From Candidatus Parcubacteria bacterium (lineage in GTDB: Bacteria; Patescibacteriota; Minisyncoccia; Phycocordibacterales; Zambryskibacteraceae): 34,616 nt of DNA. The number at the start of each line of letters is the position of its first letter. The stretch's first letter is position 1. Under the pieces are notes generated by a model, which saw only the letters and a list, made by a program, of their open reading frames with translations, ran no database searches and had not been told where the DNA came from. Positions 17,736 through 26,517 of the stretch are shown in pieces. Position numbers and translations under genes: made by a program. Location of the stretch: the NCBI GenBank assembly GCA_019658995.1, contig JAIFWN010000001.1, positions 86,852 through 121,467 of the forward strand. The letters are read 5' to 3'.

Positions 17736-18797
17736 ATGACAAATATTAAGGAAAAATTAAGGAGAATCTTCTCCCATGATATTGGCATCGACCTGGGTAC
17801 GGCTAATACCCTGGTGTATCTGCGTGGGCGCGGTATCGTCATCAACGAGCCATCGGTGGTGGCAGTGAACCAAAAGACCGGGCAGGTGGTTGCCGTCGGT
17901 GCCGAAGCCAAGGCCATGCTCGGACGCACGCCAGCGCACATCTCCGCCATCCGCCCGCTTGTAGACGGAGTGATCTCAGACTTCGAGGTTACTGAGGAGA
18001 TGCTAGCCTATCTCCTGGGCAAGGCTCAGGAAAGTTCGCGCAAGATCCTGGCACCGAGAGTGGTGGTCGGGGTACCGTCGGGCATCACCTCGGTTGAGAT
18101 CCGCGCCGTGCGCGATGCCGCCAGGAATGCCGGAGCAGGCATGGTGCATATAGTAGAGGAGCCGATGGCGGCTGCCATAGGAATGCGTCTTCCAATACAT
18201 GATCCGGTCGGGAGCATGGTTGTCGATATCGGCGGGGGCACTTCGGACATTGCTGTGCTTAGTCTCGGCGGGGTGGTAAGGGCCAAGAACTTGCGCGTAG
18301 CCGGGGATAGATTCAACCAGGATATTATTTCTTACGTAAGAAATCAGTTCAAAATCCTGATCGGCGAGAAGACTGCCGAAGCCGTTAAGTTCGTCGCCAC
18401 CGCCTTAATACCCGAAGGAGATACTCTCGAAGCCAGGGTCAAGGGCAGGGATCTGGTCACGGGATTGCCGCGCGAAGTAATCATAACCGATGCCGACATT
18501 CGCGAAGCCCTCTCGGCCTCGATCGAAGCGCTGGTTTTAGGTATACGAGAAGTTCTGGAGACTACGCCGCCTGAAGTCATAGCCGATGTGATTGAACGCG
18601 GAATCTTCCTCGCCGGGGGAGGAGCGCTCTTGCATGGGCTGCCGGAACTTCTGGAGAGCGAGCTCAATATTCCGATCCATGTAGCATCTGACCCGCTTTC
18701 GGCCGTAGCCAGAGGTACAGGCGTGATACTTGAGGATATAGAGAAGTTCAGAGATATTTTAATTGAAAATGAAGACGACCTTCCGCAGAAGATATAA
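17736..18797 (+). CDS. mreB: rod shape-determining protein MreB
   Basis: IGIDLGTANT, NEPSVVA, EEPMAAAIG and DIGGGT. Confidence 0.97.
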   Translation: MTNIKEKLRRIFSHDIGIDLGTANTLVYLRGRGIVINEPSVVAVNQKTGQVVAVGAEAKAMLGRTPAHISAIRPLVDGVISDFEVTEEMLAYLLGKAQESSRKILAPRVVVGVPSGITSVEIRAVRDAARNAGAGMVHIVEEPMAAAIGMRLPIHDPVGSMVVDIGGGTSDIAVLSLGGVVRAKNLRVAGDRFNQDIISYVRNQFKILIGEKTAEAVKFVATALIPEGDTLEARVKGRDLVTGLPREVIITDADIREALSASIEALVLGIREVLETTPPEVIADVIERGIFLAGGGALLHGLPELLESELNIPIHVASDPLSAVARGTGVILEDIEKFRDILIENEDDLPQKI

Positions 18798-19551
18798 TGG
18801 CGGCGAGAAGAATTTCTCGAAGCGCACCTTGTATGTAATTGCCGCTCTTGGCGCCGGTATTGCAGTCTTTTACTTCCTGCGCTCCCCCATACTCAACGCC
18901 ATTTCGCCAGTATGGAGAGGTCAAAATTCCATAACCCGCGGAATAAGTAATTTCCTCGGCCTCATAAAAGATAAGGATTCACTCGCGCGCGATAACCTGG
19001 CCCTTCGCGAAAAACTGGCTTCGTACGAGTTGCTCCTTGCCGAAAACAGGGCGCTGTCTGCCTCGCGGGACGAGCTCCTCGGGAAGTTCGGACGCGAGGA
19101 AAGCACGGCGGGGATAGCGGCTGGTGTATTGGTACATCCTCCCGAGACTCCTTATGACAATCTAATCATAGACGCCGGTGAGGTAGAGGGGGTAAAGATG
19201 GATTCGAGAGTCTCTCTTCCCGAGGGTGGGGCACTTGGAACCATATCTGAAGTTCATGAGCATCAGTCCAAAGTGGCACTCTACTCAGGATCATCTATTG
19301 AGACCGGCGGGTTACTCGAGCGCGGCAATATACCGGTTACGCTTGTCGGCGCCGGGGGTGGAACCTTCAAACTGACCCTGCCTCGCGACGTAATCGTGGA
19401 GGCGGGAGACAAGATACTCTTGCCGGGGATTCGCTCTGAACTCGTAGGCGTGGTCAGAGAGGTGTCACTGGAGCCTACGGACTCTGAGAAACACGTTACC
19501 GTCGGTGCTGTTGCCAATATTCACGGAATTCGCTTTGTAAACGTACATTGA
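18769..19551 (+). CDS. mreC: rod shape-determining protein MreC
   Basis: Follows mreB; TM helix, coiled coil and the IIDAG..EGV beta domain. Confidence 0.85.
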   Translation: MKTTFRRRYNGGEKNFSKRTLYVIAALGAGIAVFYFLRSPILNAISPVWRGQNSITRGISNFLGLIKDKDSLARDNLALREKLASYELLLAENRALSASRDELLGKFGREESTAGIAAGVLVHPPETPYDNLIIDAGEVEGVKMDSRVSLPEGGALGTISEVHEHQSKVALYSGSSIETGGLLERGNIPVTLVGAGGGTFKLTLPRDVIVEAGDKILLPGIRSELVGVVREVSLEPTDSEKHVTVGAVANIHGIRFVNVH

Positions 19552-19552
19552 T

Positions 19553-19810
19553 ATGCGGGTAGGATTCACCATCATTGCCCTTATATTGACTCTGGCACTA
19601 CCTTACTGGGTGTATCTGCCGTTTATTTTCGCCGGGGTTATTGTTTTCCCTTTATATATAGAAGCGGTTTTCCTGGCTCTGCTCATAGACACCCTGTACG
19701 GTGGCGGAGAATACGGTAAAATGCTCTTCGGATTCCCGTTCGGCATTGTCGCAGCCCTTCTGGTGATCTTTGCCGCTCCGCTTCGTGAACACTTACGTTT
19801 CAATGCATAA
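19553..19810 (+). CDS. small hydrophobic membrane protein in the mreD position
   Basis: 85 aa, about 3 TM segments, LLIDTLYG; lies between mreC and mrdA. Confidence 0.6.
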   Translation: MRVGFTIIALILTLALPYWVYLPFIFAGVIVFPLYIEAVFLALLIDTLYGGGEYGKMLFGFPFGIVAALLVIFAAPLREHLRFNA

Positions 19811-21515
19811 CATAATCCGTAAATTCAAAAAGAGTCTTGACCACAGCAGCCGGGAAATAAATCCGGAAGACATCTTTATCGACTCTGCCAATCTGCCCGG
19901 CCTTAACCGCGACCGTTTCGAAGGCCGCATGGAGAGGCCGATTGGGGAAAGGACATTCTTCTTCTTCAAAATTTTCCTGGCCATAGTGATTGTATCCCTA
20001 GCGGGTAAGCTCTGGGGTCTCCAGGTCAAAGACGGCAAGGTCTACGCGGAGGTAAGCGAAAACAATCGTCTCGACCGCACCATAGTCTTTGCCGACCGCG
20101 GAGTAATATATGACAGGAACAAACTGCCGCTTGCCGAAAACAGCATAAAGCCCGGGGAGGAGGACTTCGCCGGACGTAAGTATGCTCCCATACAGGGTCT
20201 CGCGGCGGTACTCGGTTATGTGAAGTTTCCGCAGAAGGACTCGAGCGGCCGCTACTACGATGAGTCATACCACGGCCAGGCTGGGGTGGAAAAGATTTAT
20301 GATTATCAGCTTAGCGGCGTGAACGGTTCAAAGTTAATTGAGTCCGATGCCCGGGGCGAGATCACGTCGGAGTCGATAGTCGAGTCTCCAAGGAAGGGAC
20401 TCGATCTTACTCTCGCCATCGATGCCCGCCTGACGGAAGAACTTTATAAAGCCATATCTGCCGCCGCTAAACTGAGAGGATTTACCGGGGGTGCGGCGGT
20501 CATAATGGATACAGAGACCGGAGAGATACTCGCCCTCACAAGCTATCCGGAGTATGACCCGAGTGTAGTAACAGCCGGAACAGATAAGGAAGAAATTAAG
20601 AGACTCCTGAATGATAAAAGTAAGCCCTTCCTCAACCGCGCAGTATCCGGCCTATACACTCCCGGCTCTATTGTGAAGCCGATAGTCGCTCTCGGAGCGC
20701 TTTCCGAAGATGTGATCGATCCCGGCAAGAGCATACTCTCGACCGGCGCGCTCACTCTCCCGAATCCTTATGACCCGGCACATCCTTCGGTCTTTAAGGA
20801 CTGGAAAGCTCACGGCTGGGTCAATATGCGTGAGGCTTTGGCGGTATCGAGCGATGTTTATTTCTACGAAGTCGGAGGCGGATTCCAAAACCAGCCAGGA
20901 CTTGGTATTACCAAGCTCGATAAATATTTCTCACTCTTCGGCATGACGGAGAAGACGGGTATAGATCTTCCCGCCGAAGGCGAAGGATACATTGCCAACC
21001 CGGAGTGGAAGGAGAGAACCTTTCCCGAAGATCCTGTCTGGCGCATCGGCAATACTTATCACACAGCCATAGGACAGTACGGCACGCAGGTCACGCCGGT
21101 AGCGGCGGCACGGTGGACCGCCGCATTGGCCAATGGCGGTACTCTCCTAGTACCCACAGTAGTGAAGGGCGGACACTCTGAAGATAAAAGGGTTTTGAGG
21201 AAAATCGATTTGCCGGAAGGCGACTGGGAGATAGTTCGCGAGGGCATGTACCAGAGTGTCCACGGCGGGGTAGCAAGCGGACTCTCCACTCCGGAGGTAC
21301 AAATTGCCGCTAAGACCGGTACGGCCGAGCTCGGTGTCCATAAGGAGTTTGTAAACTCGTGGGTTACTGGCTTCTTTCCTTACAAAAACCCCCGTTACGC
21401 TTTTGCTTTGATAATGGAGAAGGGTCCGGTAGCAAACTTAGTAGGCGCCACCTCGGTGATGCGTCAGGTTATAGACTGGATGACGCTAAACACTCCGGAG
21501 TATTTGCTTAATTGA
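19803..21515 (+). CDS. mrdA: penicillin-binding protein 2
   Basis: RGVIYDRN, PGSIVK (SxxK), SSD and KTGTAE; mre context. Confidence 0.92.
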   Translation: MHNIIRKFKKSLDHSSREINPEDIFIDSANLPGLNRDRFEGRMERPIGERTFFFFKIFLAIVIVSLAGKLWGLQVKDGKVYAEVSENNRLDRTIVFADRGVIYDRNKLPLAENSIKPGEEDFAGRKYAPIQGLAAVLGYVKFPQKDSSGRYYDESYHGQAGVEKIYDYQLSGVNGSKLIESDARGEITSESIVESPRKGLDLTLAIDARLTEELYKAISAAAKLRGFTGGAAVIMDTETGEILALTSYPEYDPSVVTAGTDKEEIKRLLNDKSKPFLNRAVSGLYTPGSIVKPIVALGALSEDVIDPGKSILSTGALTLPNPYDPAHPSVFKDWKAHGWVNMREALAVSSDVYFYEVGGGFQNQPGLGITKLDKYFSLFGMTEKTGIDLPAEGEGYIANPEWKERTFPEDPVWRIGNTYHTAIGQYGTQVTPVAAARWTAALANGGTLLVPTVVKGGHSEDKRVLRKIDLPEGDWEIVREGMYQSVHGGVASGLSTPEVQIAAKTGTAELGVHKEFVNSWVTGFFPYKNPRYAFALIMEKGPVANLVGATSVMRQVIDWMTLNTPEYLLN

Positions 21516-21540
21516 CAACTCTGGATTTTTAAGGTAATAA
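21512..21540 (+). promoter_or_regulatory. sigma70 promoter overlapping the mrdA stop
   Basis: TTGACA-N17-TAATAA. Confidence 0.6.
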
Positions 21541-21626
21541 GAGCTTATTCCGTAGGGGCGAAGATCGTCCTTTCTTGAGAGAAGAACTCTCATGGCATCC
21601 AGCCGGAATGGCTCTTTGGGTGACTT

Positions 21627-22025
21627 ATGGATACTCCTACGAAGTTGTTCCTCGGAATCGTTGCGTTTGTGATTGCTGTAAATCTTGTCGAATGGGTTGT
21701 TCAAAAGGTTCTCAAGGCGAAGCGTGCGGAAGCTTTTGTGGGTCTCTTCATGACTGAGGAAGTAGTCATGGGGAAACTTGCCCGGCTCGCCGCTGAGCTC
21801 GACAGCATCTTCCGTGAACAAATCAGGGTTCAGTCTGAAGGTCTTGATCTTGGCGTCGAAGTCTGGGAGGACATGAATCGCAGAATGCAGGATATCATCT
21901 GCAAAAATAAGGCCGAGTTCTGGCAGGCAGTCGAGCTTGCGCGAACATTTGGTTTTCTCAAAGAAAACCCGATAGCTTCATATAGAGATGCTCTGAAGCC
22001 TCAAAAGAAGGACAGCTCTACCTAA
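21627..22025 (+). CDS. orphan protein with N-terminal TM helix and helical domain
   Basis: 132-aa ORF with a GGTGA SD-like element and its own promoter and terminator. Confidence 0.7.
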   Translation: MDTPTKLFLGIVAFVIAVNLVEWVVQKVLKAKRAEAFVGLFMTEEVVMGKLARLAAELDSIFREQIRVQSEGLDLGVEVWEDMNRRMQDIICKNKAEFWQAVELARTFGFLKENPIASYRDALKPQKKDSST

Positions 22026-22043
22026 TAACGGTGGAGCTTTTTT
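22014..22043 (+). terminator. intrinsic terminator with the stop codon in its loop
   Basis: AGCTCTACC-TAATAAC-GGTGGAGCT-TTTTT. Confidence 0.75.
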
Positions 22044-22103
22044 ATTGTGAATAGTTGAGGTTGATAAAGGCAGCTTTTCCTGGTATCATTTTGCCATTAA
22101 TTT

Positions 22104-22565
22104 ATGCACACCGAATACCTGACCCAGAGTAAATTCGATGAGTTCAAGAAGGAGCTCGAGTACTTGAAGACCGAAAAAAGGACCGAAATTGCCAAGAGCC
22201 TCGAGTACGCCAAGTCGCTAGGAGACCTCTCGGAGAACGCTGAGTATCACGAAGCCCGCAACTCCCAGGCTGTGGTCGAAGACCGCATCAGCCACCTGGA
22301 GGCACTTCTCAAGTCCGCTTCAATTGTCTCTTCGCACAGTACAGACACTGTGGCTGTGGGCACTACTGTGACCCTTAAGCGCGAGAGTGACGGCAGCAAA
22401 AAGACTTTCACCATCGTTGGAAGCGAGGAGTCGGACGCAGCCGGCGGCAAGATCTCAGTCCGTTCGCCGCTCGGAAGTGCAGCTATGGGCAAGTCGAAGG
22501 GCGAGAGTTTCTCCTTCGAGACACCATCCGGCACTATGACCTACAAGGTTTTGGATATAGAATAA
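22104..22565 (+). CDS. greA: transcription elongation factor GreA
   Basis: GDLSENAEY and [11 protein letters not shown]. Confidence 0.97.
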   Translation: MHTEYLTQSKFDEFKKELEYLKTEKRTEIAKSLEYAKSLGDLSENAEYHEARNSQAVVEDRISHLEALLKSASIVSSHSTDTVAVGTTVTLKRESDGSKKTFTIVGSEESDAAGGKISVRSPLGSAAMGKSKGESFSFETPSGTMTYKVLDIE

Positions 22566-22569
22566 ACGC

Positions 22570-23928
22570 GTGGCTTCAATAGACGAAATACGCGAGGCGC
22601 GACTCCAAAAGCTAAAGCTCCTCGAAGAGAAGGGGATAAATCCATACCCCACTAGCGTTTCCCGCGACATGACTCTCGCGGAAGCGGCAGAAAATTTTGA
22701 TACATTATCCAGAGAGAGCAAGTCCATACACTTAGTCGGACGCATACTGGGCATAAGGGGGCAGGGTAAGATCGTATTCTTCGACTTCGACGACGGCTCC
22801 GCCAAATTCCAGGGGCTTTTGAAGAGGGGAGAACCGACCAAAGAGGATGAATTCGACCTCTTTAACGAGGTCTTTGACATCGGTGATTTCATCGAAGTTA
22901 AGGGTACGCTCTTCCTGACCAAACAGAACGAAAAGACGGTGCTAGTCGAGACCCTGCGCATGCTCGCCAAGTCCCTGCGTCCCCTCCCGGAGAAGTGGCA
23001 TGGCCTCCAGGATATCGAGGAGCGCTTCCGCAAGCGCTATCTTGATCTTATCGCGAGCAAGGAAGTTCGTGACCGCTTCAATACGAGATTTAAGATTATA
23101 TCTCTCATCCGCGAATTTTATATCGGGGATGGATACGCTGAGGTTGATCTACCCAACCTCCAGCCACTCGCCGGCGGAGCTACAGCCGCGCCATTCACTA
23201 CCCATCACAATGCTCTGGGCATGGACTTCTTCCTACCGGTGGCGCAGGAGCTTTATCTTAAGGAGCTTTTGGCCGGCGGGATGCCGAAAGTCTTTGAACT
23301 CGGCAAACGCTTCCGTAACGAGGGTATCGATACCACTCACAATCCCGAGTTCACTATGCTCGAAAGCAATGCCGCGTATGAAGATGCCGCCTCTCAGCGC
23401 GATTTTATAGAAAGACTTTTCCGTCATGTGGTACAGGGTATCTTTGGCACTCTGGAGTTTGAATACGGCGGGCACAAAATCAATCTTGAGAAGAAGTTCG
23501 AAGTTATGAAGTTTCCGGACATGAGCGATGATGAATATAAGAAAGAATTGCGCCCGAAACTGATTCAGCCGACCTTCCTCATTGACTATCCGGTAGGTGC
23601 AAATCCGTTTGCCAAGAGGAAAGATGATAATCCGGATCTGATCGACCGCTTCCAGCTCGTGATTGCAGGAGTCGAGCTCGTGAATGCCTTCTCGGAATTG
23701 AACAATCCTATCGACCAGAGAGAAAGATATTTGGAGGAAGATAAGAAGGGCAGGAAGGGGAATAAAGAAATTTCCCCGTCAGACCAGGAATATCTCGAGG
23801 CCATGGAATACGGCATGCCTCCGAACGGCGGTATCGGCATTGGTATTGACCGCCTGGTGATGCTTCTCACCAATGTCGTGAATATCAAGGAAGTCATCCT
23901 TTTCCCAACCCTGAAGCCGAAAAACTAG
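22570..23928 (+). CDS. lysS: lysine--tRNA ligase (class II)
   Basis: [36 protein letters not shown] and [15 protein letters not shown]. Confidence 0.97.
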   Translation: MASIDEIREARLQKLKLLEEKGINPYPTSVSRDMTLAEAAENFDTLSRESKSIHLVGRILGIRGQGKIVFFDFDDGSAKFQGLLKRGEPTKEDEFDLFNEVFDIGDFIEVKGTLFLTKQNEKTVLVETLRMLAKSLRPLPEKWHGLQDIEERFRKRYLDLIASKEVRDRFNTRFKIISLIREFYIGDGYAEVDLPNLQPLAGGATAAPFTTHHNALGMDFFLPVAQELYLKELLAGGMPKVFELGKRFRNEGIDTTHNPEFTMLESNAAYEDAASQRDFIERLFRHVVQGIFGTLEFEYGGHKINLEKKFEVMKFPDMSDDEYKKELRPKLIQPTFLIDYPVGANPFAKRKDDNPDLIDRFQLVIAGVELVNAFSELNNPIDQRERYLEEDKKGRKGNKEISPSDQEYLEAMEYGMPPNGGIGIGIDRLVMLLTNVVNIKEVILFPTLKPKN

Positions 23929-23929
23929 C

Positions 23930-23959
23930 TTGACATTTGACTAATCTGTGTGATATAAT
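23930..23959 (+). promoter_or_regulatory. sigma70 promoter
   Basis: TTGACA-N18-TATAAT with a TG extension. AGGAGG SD at 23979-23984. Confidence 0.8.
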
Positions 23960-23989
23960 ATAGGAAGAAACCCTCGGCAGGAGGCAGAT

Positions 23990-24325
23990 TTGGAAACATT
24001 CGTTCGGTGGGAGGACATTCGCGAGGCGGCTCAGGATCGACGTAAAAAACTCGGTCTTCGGGAGACAGCCAAGGAAATGTATCTCTCGTACGAGGGGCTG
24101 CAAAGCTTTCTCGACGGACGGAGGTCCCAAGAGTCAACGAGAGCCAATCTCGTAGCTTGGTACCTCTGGCACAAGAACATTCGCGTATCGAATGAAGATG
24201 TCACGATCGCCAAGGGAATTCTCGTGCGGCATGCATTCGAGCTTCGCAAACCGCGAGCCCGAGAACGCCGCATGGGAGCAATCGTTGGCGACCTTTTCCA
24301 CCAATTGCTGATGTTGGACGATTGA
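23990..24325 (+). CDS. putative Cro/C1-like helix-turn-helix protein (TTG start)
   Basis: GLRETAKEMYLSYEGLQSFLDG HTH pattern; perfect SD. Confidence 0.65.
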   Translation: METFVRWEDIREAAQDRRKKLGLRETAKEMYLSYEGLQSFLDGRRSQESTRANLVAWYLWHKNIRVSNEDVTIAKGILVRHAFELRKPRARERRMGAIVGDLFHQLLMLDD

Positions 24326-24349
24326 ACTTTCACAACAGGAGAGTGGAGC

Positions 24350-25012
24350 ATGAGACGCACCGTTATTATGCTTGCGCTCTGTGCTCCGTTTGCACTTGGA
24401 GCGCAGGAGTGGGAACAGGGCTTGTACTATCAGGCCCACTTCGACAAAGTCGGCCGTAGCTTCGAGCAATCTGGCCGGCTGTTGTATACGCAGGGCTACA
24501 TCGGGAAGGGTAAGAAAGGTCTGTGGGATTTCATTTCCGCGGATACCGGATACTTTTCCTTCGCGCTCGGCGGGTACTACACGCCAGCCAAGTACTTCGA
24601 TGCAGGCGTCGCTGTCGGGCTTGAGAACATTCTCACGGAGCAGGAAGCTTTGTCGGACGTCTGGAAGATTTACGCGCGTTATGCGGCGTATGTCCGTGCC
24701 GGTACTCTCAATACGGATAAGATCTTCCTGGCTCTCTACTACGAGAGCGGTACGTCGACTCCGCACTGGGTGCGCAGGTTCGATGCCGGCTGGTATCAGG
24801 CCGAGGCATCCTTCTCGGTCGGGAGATTTCTCTTCGGAGGCTTCTCTCAGACGGAGATCGGCACCGGCCCGCGGGTTCAGATCATGCTCATTGAGCGCGC
24901 TGGGCTGAAATTCCAGGCCTGGGGCTCGCCCAGCATGTACAAACTGGAAGAAAAGAAATGGGTCCATCGAGGCGTAGCTGGCGTGAACCTAATTCTTCAC
25001 AATCCCGAGTAA
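24350..25012 (+). CDS. secreted aromatic beta-strand-rich protein, probable beta-barrel
   Basis: Signal peptide ending ALG-AQ; alternating hydrophobic, Tyr- and Gly-rich strands; AGGAG/GGAG SD. Confidence 0.6.
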   Translation: MRRTVIMLALCAPFALGAQEWEQGLYYQAHFDKVGRSFEQSGRLLYTQGYIGKGKKGLWDFISADTGYFSFALGGYYTPAKYFDAGVAVGLENILTEQEALSDVWKIYARYAAYVRAGTLNTDKIFLALYYESGTSTPHWVRRFDAGWYQAEASFSVGRFLFGGFSQTEIGTGPRVQIMLIERAGLKFQAWGSPSMYKLEEKKWVHRGVAGVNLILHNPE

Positions 25013-25016
25013 CACA

Positions 25017-25052
25017 GTCCCGTATCCACCGAAAGGTGGTACGGGGCTTTTT
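25017..25052 (+). terminator. intrinsic terminator (copy 1 of a related pair)
   Basis: GTCCCGTATCCACC-GAAA-GGTGGTACGGGGC-TTTTT. Confidence 0.8.
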
Positions 25053-25060
25053 CTATGATA

Positions 25061-25088
25061 TTGACAAGTTAATTTAATATGATATGAA
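25061..25088 (+). promoter_or_regulatory. sigma70 promoter
   Basis: TTGACA-N16-TATGAA with a TG extension. GGAG SD before ATG 25133. Confidence 0.55.
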
Positions 25089-25132
25089 TACAAGCAGTCA
25101 GCCGTTCGTTTCAAAATTTCTCGGAGAAAATA

Positions 25133-25627
25133 ATGAAGCCAACTGTCTATGCCGTGATTGGCCTTGTCATGTATGGCCTTCAAAATGCCATCATCGACAT
25201 CAAGCTGAAGGGGTACTCGACCGTCAGCCTTCTCGTCGGGTTCTATCTGATTCTTCTGCCGCTCGGCCTTGGTTTGTTCCTCTATCAGAAGTACGTGGGA
25301 CAGCCACTGGTCATTCCATCCGGAAGTGCGATGATGACGGTGAGCGCTGTTGCGATCATGTTCTTCATTGCAGACTTCTTCTATATTGGTGCTTATACTA
25401 ACGGCGGCAATGCGATTGCGATTACAATCCTTGCCGCTCTGGTACCGGTAGTGGTGGCTCTGGTGAAGTTCGGCGTGATCCGGGAAGTCCCGACACCATA
25501 TCATTTCGGCGGATTTGTTCTTGCTCTTATGTCCGTGATGTTGGTCGCCTACGGCAACTCAAAGAAGCCTATAGAGTTAGGGACAGGAACTGCCATCGCA
25601 GTCGAAGAGCCGACCCTGGCCAAATAA
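25133..25627 (+). CDS. EamA/DMT-like single-repeat membrane protein
   Basis: 5 TM segments, AYTNGG, ILAALVPVVVAL and E...YHFGGFVLAL. Confidence 0.7.
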   Translation: MKPTVYAVIGLVMYGLQNAIIDIKLKGYSTVSLLVGFYLILLPLGLGLFLYQKYVGQPLVIPSGSAMMTVSAVAIMFFIADFFYIGAYTNGGNAIAITILAALVPVVVALVKFGVIREVPTPYHFGGFVLALMSVMLVAYGNSKKPIELGTGTAIAVEEPTLAK

Positions 25628-25630
25628 TTC

Positions 25631-25666
25631 GCTCCGTACCATCGTAAGGTGGTACGGAGCTTTTTT
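25631..25666 (+). terminator. intrinsic terminator (copy 2 of a related pair)
   Basis: GCTCCGTACCATC-GTAA-GGTGGTACGGAGC-TTTTTT. Confidence 0.85.
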
Positions 25667-25694
25667 ATACATAAAACAAGCTATTATTTTGTCC

Positions 25695-25723
25695 TTGACA
25701 AATAGGATAGATATTGGTATAAT
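25695..25723 (+). promoter_or_regulatory. perfect-consensus sigma70 promoter
   Basis: TTGACA-N17-TATAAT with a TG extension. AGGAG SD before ATG 25772. Confidence 0.85.
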
Positions 25724-25771
25724 AGAAAAGGTTAGGTAGCACATTCACAACTTCTACATAGGAGCTCGGAG

Positions 25772-26368
25772 ATGTCGTCAGTCAAGGCGGTACTCTCGGT
25801 TGCAGCCGGCTTGATCTTCATCTTCGCGTTCTTCCCTTATATCAAGGCGATCGTGAAGAGGCAGACATGCCCGCGCAAGGCAACATGGTTCGTGTGGGCA
25901 CTTGGCGACATCATTATCCTCGCGGGTATGATCGACAAGGGCACCATCAGCGGTCAGCTGGTCGGAGCGGTTATCGGTGCGACTACGACCTTCATCCTCT
26001 CGGTCAAACTCGGTGAACCCGGATGGAATACGAGAGACAGGGTTTGTGTCACGCTGTCGCTTCTCTCAATTGGGCTTTGGCTCTACTTCGGTGAGTCGAA
26101 TCTCGGAATCGGTTTCAGCCTCTTGGCCCTCTGCATTGCGGCCTGGCCGACCTACGTGTCGGCTTGGGAAAAGCCGGAGAATGAGGACAAGAACGCCTGG
26201 ATCTGGTTCAACGTCTCAAGCGTCATCGCTGTGCTTGCGATCCCGCGGATGACATTCGCGGATGCTGCTCCGCCGATCGTCTTCATGGCGATCGACGGAG
26301 TGATGATCTATCTACTCTTCCTCCGTCCTAAGTGGGATAGAGTGAAGACAGAAATACTAGGCTGGTAG
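25772..26368 (+). CDS. multi-pass membrane protein with two PQ-loop-like repeats
   Basis: FPYIKAIVK..T.P...TWFVW and AWPTYVSAWEKPENED..AW; about 7 TM segments. Confidence 0.7.
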   Translation: MSSVKAVLSVAAGLIFIFAFFPYIKAIVKRQTCPRKATWFVWALGDIIILAGMIDKGTISGQLVGAVIGATTTFILSVKLGEPGWNTRDRVCVTLSLLSIGLWLYFGESNLGIGFSLLALCIAAWPTYVSAWEKPENEDKNAWIWFNVSSVIAVLAIPRMTFADAAPPIVFMAIDGVMIYLLFLRPKWDRVKTEILGW

Positions 26369-26384
26369 AAGTTGTTTCAAACAG

Positions 26385-26412
26385 AAGGCCGTCGCGCAAG
26401 CGCCGGCCTTTT
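26385..26412 (+). terminator. intrinsic terminator
   Basis: AAGGCCG-T-CGC-GCAA-GCG-C-CGGCCTT-TT. Confidence 0.7.
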
Positions 26413-26430
26413 CCATACTTTAAGAACAAA

Positions 26431-26497
26431 TGTGGATAACTCGTCTAGTAGTGTGGCAGGTAGTGGGATACACTATCTATCAAGTGGGAGAAAGTGG
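26431..26497 (+). promoter_or_regulatory. DnaA box plus MraZ-binding GTGG repeats
   Basis: TGTGGATAA (reverse complement TTATCCACA) at 26431-26439. GTGG at 26453, 26463, 26484 and 26494 (about 10-bp period). Confidence 0.75.
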
Positions 26498-26517
26498 TAA
26501 TATGACAAAATCACGAA

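Noticed and set aside
24134-24967. 277-aa minus-strand ORF
   Set aside because: It is antisense to two plus-strand ORFs that have a promoter, SD and terminator.
23930-26412. Classical integron attC array
   Set aside because: There are no complementary RYYYAAC/GTTRRRY ends and no integrase; the hairpins have U-tracts like terminators.
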